This document shows, piece after piece, positions 1 through 7,713 of a stretch of 64,000 nucleotides of DNA. The first letter of the stretch is position 1, and each line of letters starts with the position of its first letter. The translations under genes and the position numbers were made by a program. The notes beneath the pieces are model-generated. The model saw only the letters and a program-made list of their open reading frames with translations. It made no database searches and had not been told where the DNA came from. The DNA is taken from contig JADFXX010000009.1 of the NCBI GenBank assembly GCA_015233335.1, positions 368 through 64,367 on the forward strand. The letters are read 5' to 3'. The stretch comes from Candidatus Omnitrophota bacterium (GTDB taxonomy: Bacteria > Omnitrophota > Gorgyraeia > Zapsychrales > Fredricksoniimonadaceae).

Positions 1-389
1 AGGAAGCTTGGTAGGCCTCGTAAAATAATCTAAGCAAAAATTAAACGCTAACGAAAAACCGTTAATGTTCAGCGATTTCGAAGCCGCTGTTGCTAAGAGC
101 CCAGTTGCACCGGTTCCTATGCCAATGGCCTTCGGGCTCGCTGTCTAAGCCTTAGTTACACCGTAACTAAGCCCGTTTACTTGCAACACCTGCTAGTAAG
201 ATAAGCGGTCAAGAGCAGGCTGGCTTCAATGTTTGTCTTCGGCGTTGAAGCGAGATCGTAGAGGGCTAGTCCCAAAACAATCCTGTTTGCCGGAGGGTGA
301 GGGACGAGACAAAAATAGACAAACTACACATGTAGAAGCTTATATTACGAGACTCAAGGACCCGGGTTCAATTCCCGGCACCTCCACCA
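1..389 (+). ncRNA. ssrA: tmRNA (SsrA), 5' end cut by window edge
   Basis: 3' end GGACCCGGGTTCAATTCCCGGCACCTCCACCA (358-389) is the tRNA-like T-arm/acceptor typical of tmRNA. There is an internal Ala-initiated tag frame at 47-148, followed by a 9-bp hairpin at 151-171. Confidence 0.85.
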
Positions 390-424
390 AAATTTTTACG
401 CATCATCATTCCCATCGTCTGTGC

Positions 425-463
425 CTGCTTGTTTTTGTTCTATCCCCCTGAAAAACAAGGCAG
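425..463 (+). terminator. imperfect hairpin just downstream of ssrA
   Basis: Arms CTGCTTGTTTTT / AAAAACAAGGCAG with one bulge; no clean T-tract. Confidence 0.3.
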
Positions 464-514
464 ATACAAATCAAACAACATCAATAGTAATCAAGGTTAC
501 ACAATACACCCAAA

Positions 515-552
515 CACCATTTCCGGATAGAAATGGTGGTAAAATGGTGGTA
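515..552. repeat. exact 11-nt tandem repeat AAATGGTGGTA x2 with inverted partner CACCATTT
   Basis: AAATGGTGGTA occurs at 531-541 and 542-552. CACCATTT at 515-522 is the reverse complement of AAATGGTG. Read directly from the sequence. Confidence 0.6.
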
Positions 553-713
553 GGAATTTTTGTATCTTAATGCTTCATCAGTATTTCTTCTTTGTTTTTG
601 TAATAGGGACAAATACTATAATTGTGCTTCTTTTGATAAAGGCGTATGATAAAACCAAATGAATTCTTCTGAGGCCTGCAAAGGCCCCTGGAAAAGCTAA
701 AGGGGGATTTTAT

Positions 714-1448
714 ATGACTAATTTCATCAAAGTGTTAGTTTTAGTAAATCTAATTTTTTATAGTAACAAAGTCTATGCTGGCTGGATGCAGGATCAATTT
801 AATAATTTAAAAAATACGAATGTTGAGAGTTTAAAGCAAACTCCGCTAAGTCAAACTAAGATTGGTGACGGTCTCAAGGAGGCCCTAAAGGTTGGGATTG
901 ATAACACGGTTAAATTTACAGGCAAGACGGATGGTTTCTTTAAGAATGAAGCAATCAAAATACCTATACCTGAAAAGCTCCAGATGTTAGATAAAGCTCT
1001 TCGGGCAGTCGGCTTTGGCAAGCCGGTGGATGATTTTGTTTTAAGCATGAATCGTGCAGCTGAAGCCGCAGCCCCTCAGGCAAAAGATATTTTCATCAAT
1101 TCTATCGTGGGGATGTCTTTTGATGATGTCATGAAGATCTACAATGGGGGCAATACATCGGCTACAGAATTCCTTAAAGAAAAGACCTCGAAACAGCTGC
1201 AGGATGCATTTTTGCCCTTTGTTAAGAAATCTTTAGCGCAATATGATGTAACAGCTCAATACCATGATGTTGTTGGGAAGTATCGTTCTTTGCCGTTTTC
1301 CAATAAAATGCCAGTACCGGATGTGGAGCAATATGTACTGGATAAAGCTTTAAGCGGACTTTTTTTAATTTTGGGACAAGAAGAGACAAAGATAAGGACC
1401 CAACCGGCTGCAAGAGTAACAAGCTTGTTGAAAGAGGTTTTTAAATAA
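714..1448 (+). CDS. DUF4197-family exported protein
   Basis: 244-aa ORF with an N-terminal hydrophobic signal-like segment. The pattern GLKEALKVG...MNRAAE...IRTQPAARVTSLLKEVF matches DUF4197 as I recall it. Confidence 0.7.
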   Translation: MTNFIKVLVLVNLIFYSNKVYAGWMQDQFNNLKNTNVESLKQTPLSQTKIGDGLKEALKVGIDNTVKFTGKTDGFFKNEAIKIPIPEKLQMLDKALRAVGFGKPVDDFVLSMNRAAEAAAPQAKDIFINSIVGMSFDDVMKIYNGGNTSATEFLKEKTSKQLQDAFLPFVKKSLAQYDVTAQYHDVVGKYRSLPFSNKMPVPDVEQYVLDKALSGLFLILGQEETKIRTQPAARVTSLLKEVFK

Positions 1449-1491
1449 TTATTTAATTCAGGGCCTCTATTGAATAGGGAAGGGGAAGTCC

Positions 1492-1956
1492 ATGTTCTCA
1501 TTAATAGTTTTTATAATTTTGTCCTTTTCAGCTGCAGCCTTGGGGGTCGTTTTTACAAATCATTCCCTTAAAACCTGGTATCTAACAATTAAGAAGCCTT
1601 CCTGGAATCCGCCAAATAAAGTTTTCGCACCTGTCTGGTCAGTGCTTTATATGATGATGGCGCTGGCTGGATGGATGGTTTGGGGGAGAATAAACTTCAA
1701 AGGGCTCAGCCTGCCAATGGTCTTTTTCTTTGTTCAATTAATTTTGAATGCTGGATGGTCTATGGTCTTCTTTGGCTTTCGCAGGCCCGATATAGCATTA
1801 TTAGAAATAATATTTTTATGGGTATTTATCATATTGACAACGGTTAGTTTTTGGATTGTTTATTGGGTTGCCGGCGTACTCTTTTTACCGTATCTTTTAT
1901 GGGTTAGCTTTGCGCTAGTTCTCAACCATGCTATCTGGCGATTAAACAATTTCTAG
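1492..1956 (+). CDS. tspO: TspO/MBR tryptophan-rich sensory protein
   Basis: 154 aa with five hydrophobic helices. Signature WYLTIKKPSWNPPNKVFAPVWSVLYMMMALAGWMVW. Confidence 0.85.
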   Translation: MFSLIVFIILSFSAAALGVVFTNHSLKTWYLTIKKPSWNPPNKVFAPVWSVLYMMMALAGWMVWGRINFKGLSLPMVFFFVQLILNAGWSMVFFGFRRPDIALLEIIFLWVFIILTTVSFWIVYWVAGVLFLPYLLWVSFALVLNHAIWRLNNF

Positions 1957-1991
1957 CATCCTCCGGTCAGTGCCCCTAATTTGGTGTCCCG

Positions 1992-2045
1992 ACAGTGCCT
2001 GTCTCTAGTCAAGATGCGCGGATTTAACCTTTTTGATCGAAAGAC
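1992..2045 (+). repeat. conserved intergenic element, copy A
   Basis: ACAGTGCCTGTCTCTAGTCAAGATGCGCGGATTTAACCTTTTTGATCGAAAGACT aligns with 4021-4075. It is preceded by a second AGTGCC motif at 1969. Confidence 0.6.
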
Positions 2046-2069
2046 TGCATGAAATTTTTTTAAAATTGG

Positions 2070-2098
2070 TTGAGTAAATAAAGTGTGGGGCATATAAT
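2070..2098 (+). promoter_or_regulatory. sigma70-like promoter for the pilin-like gene
   Basis: TTGAGT (2070-2075), 17-nt spacer, TATAAT (2093-2098); about 28 nt upstream of the ATG at 2127. Confidence 0.5.
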
Positions 2099-2126
2099 GA
2101 CAAAAAATCACCCATTAATTTAAGAT

Positions 2127-2552
2127 ATGTTCTTATTGAAAAAAAATAATTCAAAAAGTGGTTTTACGCTAGTCGAAATCATGATCGTGGTGGCGATCAT
2201 TGCCTTGTTGGCAGCGATTGCTATCCCCAACCTGCTGCGCGCAAGAATATCCGCCAACGATGCTGAGTCCAAGGCCACCTTGCGTGCAATGTCCACCGCG
2301 GCTGAAATGTACGGGACATCCAATAACGGTAACTATCCCGGGGACATTAACTCATTAACAACTGCAACCCCGCCTTATTTGAACAAAAATTATTGTGAGG
2401 GCATGACCCACGCCGGATACATATTTTACTGCAATTCAAACGGCGGGAGCATGTCTGCTTCCGGTTATGCATTCGTGGCAATACCCGCGACACGGGGTAC
2501 CACAGGCACCACAACTGAAACTATTACCACAGGTGGAATTTTAAGCCCATAA
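2127..2552 (+). CDS. prepilin-type N-terminal cleavage/methylation domain protein (type IV pilin or pseudopilin-like)
   Basis: N-terminus KSGFTLVEIMIVVAIIALLAAIAIPNLLRAR is the class III signal/methylation motif (G|FTLVE). Confidence 0.85.
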   Translation: MFLLKKNNSKSGFTLVEIMIVVAIIALLAAIAIPNLLRARISANDAESKATLRAMSTAAEMYGTSNNGNYPGDINSLTTATPPYLNKNYCEGMTHAGYIFYCNSNGGSMSASGYAFVAIPATRGTTGTTTETITTGGILSP

Positions 2553-2647
2553 TGTGAAAAATTCATGTTGTTGGCACCCTAACGGCGTTTATCATGTTAG
2601 ATGGGGCCATAAAAGACATTTGTTGACGGTAAAAAAGAAGAAATAGT

Positions 2648-2683
2648 CCCAAAGAGCCCGATAGATTTCCGGCACTTCTACCA
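2648..2683 (+). repeat. degenerate direct copy of the ssrA 3' end
   Basis: CCCAAAGAGCCCGATAGATTTCCGGCACTTCTACCA aligns with ssrA 353-389 (CTCAAGGACCCGGGTTCAATTCCCGGCACCTCCACCA). About three quarters of positions match by hand alignment with one gap. Confidence 0.4.
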
Positions 2684-2695
2684 TTTAAATTCATA

Positions 2696-2729
2696 AATCG
2701 CAAGCTACTGTAATGGCTTGCGATTTTTT
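2696..2729 (+). terminator. rho-independent terminator after the pilin-like gene
   Basis: 10-bp stem AATCGCAAGC / GCTTGCGATT, 10-nt loop, followed by a T run. Confidence 0.75.
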
Positions 2730-2820
2730 GTTTATTTTAAAAATTGTGGGAAATAAAAAAAGCGAGGGATATAATCATTCCGATGAAAGATGTATCATCA
2801 TATCTCTTATTAAATATAAA

Positions 2821-3948
2821 ATGTTTAAGACTAAGAAAATAAATGTGTTGTTGGTTTCTCATGATTTCTTCTCGGGGATAGGGTCCGCGGCGAGGCATAT
2901 TGCAGATTCTTCAACAGGAATTAATTTTTATTTTTTTAACAGTGATGATATTGAAAATCATAAGAAAGAATTCCTAAGGATGGTGGCCGCTGTAGACGTT
3001 GTTCACTGGTTTGTGAATCTTTCATGGGTGAAATTGCCGGCTGATATTGATCTCAACGGGTTTCATGCTCCAAATATTGCGACTGTCCATCACGTTGACG
3101 AAGGTTTGAGGGGTTATGGAGAAAAAGAAGAATTATCGAAAATCTTATTCGCCAGTCAATGCGATGCAATCCAAGTGGTGTCGGGTGAGTGGAAATGCTT
3201 TGTTGAATCTAAAACGGATAAACCTGTTTTCTTGGCGCATCATGTAATTAATCCGCGTTTATTTATTCCCCATAGGAAAGTAAAAAAACCAAGAAAGCCG
3301 TTTAGAATAGGAGCGTTTGGATTTTCAACGGGAATAAAGGATAGAAAAAGATTGGATGTTCTTTTAGCGGCATTACATATTCTTGTAAAGAAGCAGTATC
3401 AATTTGAACTCATTGTGCAGGGGTCATTTTGGAATACTTTGGAGAGTTCATTATCTGGCCAAGGTATTCAAATAAGGAATCTGGGATTTTTGCCTAGAAA
3501 AATGGCTTTTAAAAGCTATCGTTATCTTGATCTTTATGTGTGCTCGTCCGATATAGAAGGAGGTCCCCTGCCGGTTCTGGAAGCGCTGGCTAGCGGGGTA
3601 CCGGTTGTATCAACCCAAGTTGGTGTTGCCATCGAAGCGCTTTCCCAAGGTGGTGGAATTTTAGTTAAAAAGGGAAGCCCGGAAGATTTAGCGTCGGCTA
3701 TTGCGAAGGTTATGGATCATCCTGGATTGTTTCAAGATCTGTCTCTAGAGGCAGGAAGAGTTTCTGAGAATTTTACCTGGGAGAAAATTGGAAAAGAATA
3801 TATGGCCATGTATGAGTCAGTTCTTAACTCCAAGAGATCACGACCAAAGTTTAATGTTGTTTTAAAGTTCCCAAAGTTTCAAAGACAATTACAGTTATTT
3901 CGGGATACTCGAAGATTGCGACTGTTTAAGACGAAAACGGGTGTATAA
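2821..3948 (+). CDS. glycosyltransferase family 1 (GT-B, GT4-like)
   Basis: C-terminal motif EGGPLPVLEALASGVPVVST. Start moved to the ATG at 2821 because the track's 2713 start lies inside the upstream terminator. Confidence 0.75.
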   Translation: MFKTKKINVLLVSHDFFSGIGSAARHIADSSTGINFYFFNSDDIENHKKEFLRMVAAVDVVHWFVNLSWVKLPADIDLNGFHAPNIATVHHVDEGLRGYGEKEELSKILFASQCDAIQVVSGEWKCFVESKTDKPVFLAHHVINPRLFIPHRKVKKPRKPFRIGAFGFSTGIKDRKRLDVLLAALHILVKKQYQFELIVQGSFWNTLESSLSGQGIQIRNLGFLPRKMAFKSYRYLDLYVCSSDIEGGPLPVLEALASGVPVVSTQVGVAIEALSQGGGILVKKGSPEDLASAIAKVMDHPGLFQDLSLEAGRVSENFTWEKIGKEYMAMYESVLNSKRSRPKFNVVLKFPKFQRQLQLFRDTRRLRLFKTKTGV

Positions 3949-4020
3949 TAATTCCTCAAAATCAATGAACCTTAAGCGAAAAAATGGACTTAACCAATAA
4001 CCGGTATTTTTAGTGCCTAA

Positions 4021-4075
4021 ACAGTGCCTGTTTCTGGTCAAGATGTGTGAACATAACCCCTTATGATCGAGAGAT
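4021..4075 (+). repeat. conserved intergenic element, copy B
   Basis: ACAGTGCCTGTTTCTGGTCAAGATGTGTGAACATAACCCCTTATGATCGAGAGATT. It is preceded by TAGTGCC at 4011. Confidence 0.6.
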
Positions 4076-4141
4076 TAGGAGGGATTTTTATCAATTATTC
4101 CGGGTAAGACTTATATAAATGGTCCAGGAAGTTAATAAGAC

Positions 4142-4438
4142 ATGAAGAGAGTTAAAAACAAATCTAAAGATGCTTGTCCAGTATGTGGGATAAAATTGGG
4201 GGGCAGTTTATCTAAGCCAGGAAGGAATTTGTATTGTCCAAATGCTGACTGTGCCTACAATTATAGAAATGTGAAATGTCCGTTATGCGGGACTAAAGGT
4301 TGGGACAATCTGCAGAGCAAGGTCAAAATGAAAAGTGGTCCTTCTAGGCGAGCCTGGAGTCCGGGAACATTGATTTTTGTTTATTCATGCAAACATTGCG
4401 GGAAATCTACTGAAATAACCAGCGATGATCCCCACTGA
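4142..4438 (+). CDS. small zinc-ribbon-rich protein
   Basis: 98 aa with CPVCG, CPNADC, CPLCG and CKHCG pairs. No family recognised. Confidence 0.5.
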   Translation: MKRVKNKSKDACPVCGIKLGGSLSKPGRNLYCPNADCAYNYRNVKCPLCGTKGWDNLQSKVKMKSGPSRRAWSPGTLIFVYSCKHCGKSTEITSDDPH

Positions 4439-4448
4439 GGGGGAGGTT

Positions 4449-4883
4449 ATGCAACAGCCGGATATCTCAAATTTAATAAGAACAGATAAGGAAGCTTACG
4501 GATTGGGCGAACCCATTAATATTTTCGGGGAGCTTACGAATAACAGCAAGCAAGCATTAAGAATAAACAAGGTTTTCGTTGTGGAAGGCAGCCTTCATCC
4601 CTTCTTTTTTTCCTTGGATGAAAAAAAAGAGTTGTCCTGGCGGCTGCCGCCGATGCCTCTTCCCCTTTCACAGGCATCTTTTTTAGAACTTTCGCCGGGG
4701 GAAACAGTTTCCTATTCAATACCTGGACTTGACAGATATTTATCGGATGGCCCCCCGTCTGCTGGTTCGTATAGGATACGTATTGATTACATCAGCAGTA
4801 ATTATGATTGGCAATCCCAAAAGAAACTCGACGCTTGGGCAGGCATTGCAAATTCGCAAGATTTACATATCGTCATAGAGTAG
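4449..4883 (+). CDS. hypothetical protein (beta-rich)
   Basis: ORF 4425-4883. ATG at 4449 preferred because GGGAGG lies just upstream. No recognisable motifs. Confidence 0.45.
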   Translation: MQQPDISNLIRTDKEAYGLGEPINIFGELTNNSKQALRINKVFVVEGSLHPFFFSLDEKKELSWRLPPMPLPLSQASFLELSPGETVSYSIPGLDRYLSDGPPSAGSYRIRIDYISSNYDWQSQKKLDAWAGIANSQDLHIVIE

Positions 4884-4927
4884 TATTTCTTGGCTTTCAA
4901 AGGTACGGTGTTGTATTATAAGAAACA

Positions 4928-5035
4928 ATGTTTTTGTGGGAATTTATTATTTTGACAATGGTTAGTTTTTGATTTGTTTATAGGATTGCCGGTGTTCTTT
5001 TTTTGTCTTATCTTTTATGGAATAGCTACGCGCCA
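4928..5035 (+). pseudogene. relic of a tspO 3' end (frameshifted)
   Basis: Aligns with tspO 1810-1920 at nucleotide level with a 1-nt deletion. It translates as MFLWEFIILTMVSF* then FVYRIAGVLFLSYLLWNSYA, versus IFLWVFIILTTVSFWIVYWVAGVLFLPYLLWVSFA in the intact gene. Confidence 0.8.
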
Positions 5036-5052
5036 GATTTTGACAAGGAATA

Positions 5053-5385
5053 TTGATGGCAAATAATAATTTAAAGACAGAACAAAAAAGTTCGAGCATA
5101 GTCTTAATTCTGCTCGGCATAAGTGCGCTACTAATGGGGGGAAAGGCCATTGTGTCGAAATTATCCGGGGTGGCTCCTCATGGAAGGGTGATTGTTCTTA
5201 ACGGGATTGCGGCGCAGATCCATGGATTTCTGGTCTTGACAGGCGGGTGTTTTCTTTTGTATTGGGGCTGTATGCGTTTTCAAAAGTATAGAAATGACCA
5301 ATTATCAGCAACCGGCAAGGGGGTCATTTCAGTTGCCGCCTTTTTTTTATTTTTATTCCTTTGCATTCTACTTGCTTCTCATTGA
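5053..5385 (+). CDS. small membrane protein, unknown function
   Basis: 110 aa with three hydrophobic segments. Confidence 0.45.
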   Translation: MMANNNLKTEQKSSSIVLILLGISALLMGGKAIVSKLSGVAPHGRVIVLNGIAAQIHGFLVLTGGCFLLYWGCMRFQKYRNDQLSATGKGVISVAAFFLFLFLCILLASH

Positions 5386-5427
5386 AGAATATTCTGTATA
5401 TCCATACTGCGTGATAGAGGCTAAGCG

Positions 5428-6930
5428 GTGCCAACCATATTTTCAAAGGAAGAATTAGGTAAAAATCGAATCAATGGTTTTTACGAAACTCCTCCAGAGA
5501 CCGTCAATTACATGGTTTCCAAAATAGTAGAATTTTGGAAACCGGGCATGAAAATACTGGATCCGGCGGTCGGGAACGGGGTTTTCCTTTATGCTCTCCG
5601 GAATCGTAAAATTCCGGTTAAAGATATCTATGGTTTTGATATAGATGCCGCAAAGATTAAGACTTTGCGTGTAAATTTTCCAAATTTAAAAGTATTTGAT
5701 AGTACCAACCCTTTCCCGGAGAGGTATGACTTTATTATCGGGAATCCCCCTTATAATGGTGATGAGTCTCACTTCGTGCGTGAGCATAGAAACCGACTCA
5801 AGGGGCTCTTTGTAGAAATAGGAGTCCGAAACACATATAGCATGATTTCTTACCAGGCCATCAAATCGTTGCGGCCAAACGGAAGATTTAGCATGATCAT
5901 CGAAGATTCCTTCTTAACCACTTTTTATTACAAAGAGTTCAGGGAATTTTTGATAAACAACTCTATCTTGGAAGAAATTTTGCTGGCCCCTCGCAAATTA
6001 TTTCATGCAGGGTCTGCAGATGTTAGAACCTGTATCTTAACATTAATGAAAAAAGCTTCTATAGGATCAGCGCATAACGACTTGCCTTCATTTTTTCAAG
6101 CCGATAGGCACAATGTGCGGCTTATTGATAGAGTTGCCTCTGAAAGCGAATACAAAAATCCGCCTAAGGTTGAATATGTAGAGCAAAAAGATTTTAATCT
6201 TTACCCTAATGCCGTTATGCTGATTGGACTTTCAAAGGCAATTCGGGACATTTATCTAAACAGTGCTTTAAGACTTGGAGACGTGGTGGAAGGAGGAACA
6301 GGAATATCCACAGGGGATGATAAAAAGTTTTTAAGAAAAAGAGAGGATGTCGAAAATGATCCCCAGTGGGTTCCTTACTGGAAAAACGGTGCAAGAAAGG
6401 CATATAGGTATCTGCCCGGCTGGTATATCGAGAAAAATTACAAAAAATATTCTTCCAGGGTTTCAAATTATATGATCAGGAATGAAAAATTCTTTTTTAA
6501 AGAAGGGATTACCTGTTCCTCCGTAGGTGTCAGATTTTCTGCGGCTTATATGCCCCCAGGAGGGCTTTTTGGTGTAAATGCAAATTTTATGATCAAAGAC
6601 CCTGCGGATAAAAACATGCTGTTTTATCTTCTCGGACTTTTAAATTCAAAATTAGGATGGTTTTTTGCAAGAAGACTTCTCGTGCGCACCAATAATATAT
6701 CGGCCAATTATTTACGCCAATTCCCTTTGCCTCAAGCGGACAAGATTATTGAATCAAAAATAATCTTTCTTGTAAAAGGGATATTAGCTAAAATGGAAAA
6801 TGATCTTGATTATGATTTCATCCAAGAGCAAAAAAGAATTGATGAGTTAGTTTTTAAGATTTATAAGATTTCCCCTGAAGATCGAACACAAATCATGCGC
6901 TTTTGCGAAAATTTTTACGACCAGATTTAA
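5428..6930 (+). CDS. N6-adenine DNA methyltransferase, gamma class, with TaqI-like C-terminal specificity domain
   Basis: Motif I ILDPAVGNGVFL precedes motif IV IIGNPPYNG. The C-terminal half resembles the TaqI/Eco57I-type target-recognition domain. GTG start. Confidence 0.8.
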   Translation: MPTIFSKEELGKNRINGFYETPPETVNYMVSKIVEFWKPGMKILDPAVGNGVFLYALRNRKIPVKDIYGFDIDAAKIKTLRVNFPNLKVFDSTNPFPERYDFIIGNPPYNGDESHFVREHRNRLKGLFVEIGVRNTYSMISYQAIKSLRPNGRFSMIIEDSFLTTFYYKEFREFLINNSILEEILLAPRKLFHAGSADVRTCILTLMKKASIGSAHNDLPSFFQADRHNVRLIDRVASESEYKNPPKVEYVEQKDFNLYPNAVMLIGLSKAIRDIYLNSALRLGDVVEGGTGISTGDDKKFLRKREDVENDPQWVPYWKNGARKAYRYLPGWYIEKNYKKYSSRVSNYMIRNEKFFFKEGITCSSVGVRFSAAYMPPGGLFGVNANFMIKDPADKNMLFYLLGLLNSKLGWFFARRLLVRTNNISANYLRQFPLPQADKIIESKIIFLVKGILAKMENDLDYDFIQEQKRIDELVFKIYKISPEDRTQIMRFCENFYDQI

Positions 6931-6936
6931 ACATCG

Positions 6937-7041
6937 ATGCACCTTTTCCATAAGAGAGGGCTTTTAAAGAAACAGGGGCCGTTTTATACAGGTCAGCATG
7001 TGGTAGTGGATATTGGTATTCCGTTGAAAAAACAGATATAA
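6937..7041 (+). pseudogene. possible relic of the C-terminus of an NAD(P)H-hydrate epimerase (YjeF_N/NnrE-like)
   Basis: A 34-codon frame abuts the MTase stop: MHLFHKRGLLKKQGPFYTGQHVVVDIGIPLKKQI*. K.GLL...G.....VVDIGIP is the conserved end of YjeF_N domains as I recall them. Confidence 0.35.
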
Positions 7042-7094
7042 TGAGCTGTTGACTAGGGGATTGTAGCGGTAAGGCAAGAGGATAAAAGAATAAT

Positions 7095-7379
7095 ATGAAA
7101 ACACGAAAAGATTTGTGTGATTGGATTGTTGAGGCGCTAAAGGATTTAAACGGCCCTTCACAAATTGTCAAAATACGCGACCATATATGGCAACACCATC
7201 AAAATGATCTGATCAATAGCGGGAATTTGCATTTTACATGGAATGAAGATATCTATTGGGCCGCAACCCAATTGCGGGCTAAGGGTGTCTTAAAGAATGC
7301 CAAGGCAACTTCAAAAAGCGTTTGGGCATTAAACGAAGGTCATCTCAAGGGTTTTGATCAACATGATCGACATTCCTGA
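7095..7379 (+). CDS. stand-alone winged-helix protein, Mrr N-terminal-domain-like
   Basis: 94 aa. The pattern IVEALKDLNGPSQIVKIRDHI...IYWAATQLRAKGVLKN resembles the Mrr_N wHTH. Confidence 0.5.
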   Translation: MKTRKDLCDWIVEALKDLNGPSQIVKIRDHIWQHHQNDLINSGNLHFTWNEDIYWAATQLRAKGVLKNAKATSKSVWALNEGHLKGFDQHDRHS

Positions 7380-7713
7380 TTTCGTCTATCCTAAAGACTC
7401 CAATGGCAATGCGCTTTGTCCCAGATGCAGAAAGTTGATTACTCAATGTGATTGCCCGTCTTTTAAGGCCGCTCAACTAAAACCCCGGCCGATAAAGCCA
7501 ACCGTCCGTCTTGATAGATTGGGGCGAAAGGGTAAGGTGGTGACGCAAATCGGTGCGTTACCGCACAGTGAGGCCTATTTAAAAGATTTGGCAAAAGTAT
7601 TGAAGGTAAAAACCGGCAGCGGCGGCACATATTATCTGACGGAAGATGGCGGTACCATTCAACTTCAAGGGGACCATAAAAAGCGAGTGATAGAGTTTTT
7701 TAAAGAGATGTAA
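7363..7713 (+). CDS. SUI1/YciH-type translation initiation factor
   Basis: RLDRLGRKGKVVTQIGAL...LKVKTGSGGT...IQLQGDHKKRVIEFF is the SUI1 fold signature. ATG at 7363 preferred over TTG at 7354. Confidence 0.8.
   Translation: MIDIPDFVYPKDSNGNALCPRCRKLITQCDCPSFKAAQLKPRPIKPTVRLDRLGRKGKVVTQIGALPHSEAYLKDLAKVLKVKTGSGGTYYLTEDGGTIQLQGDHKKRVIEFFKEM

Noticed and set aside
233-451. 72-aa ORF in the track
   Set aside because: It lies entirely within and just after the tmRNA gene. The sequence is explained by the ssrA 3' domain, not by coding.
2713-2820. N-terminal extension of the GT1 ORF
   Set aside because: The extension begins inside the upstream terminator hairpin and adds a non-homologous 36 aa. 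The ATG at 2821 (MFKTKKINVLLVSHD) fits the GT-B N-terminus.
1968-4075. Integron attC interpretation of the repeated intergenic element
   Set aside because: It has no RYYYAAC/GTTRRRY core pair and no extended imperfect inverted repeat, and no intI gene is present.
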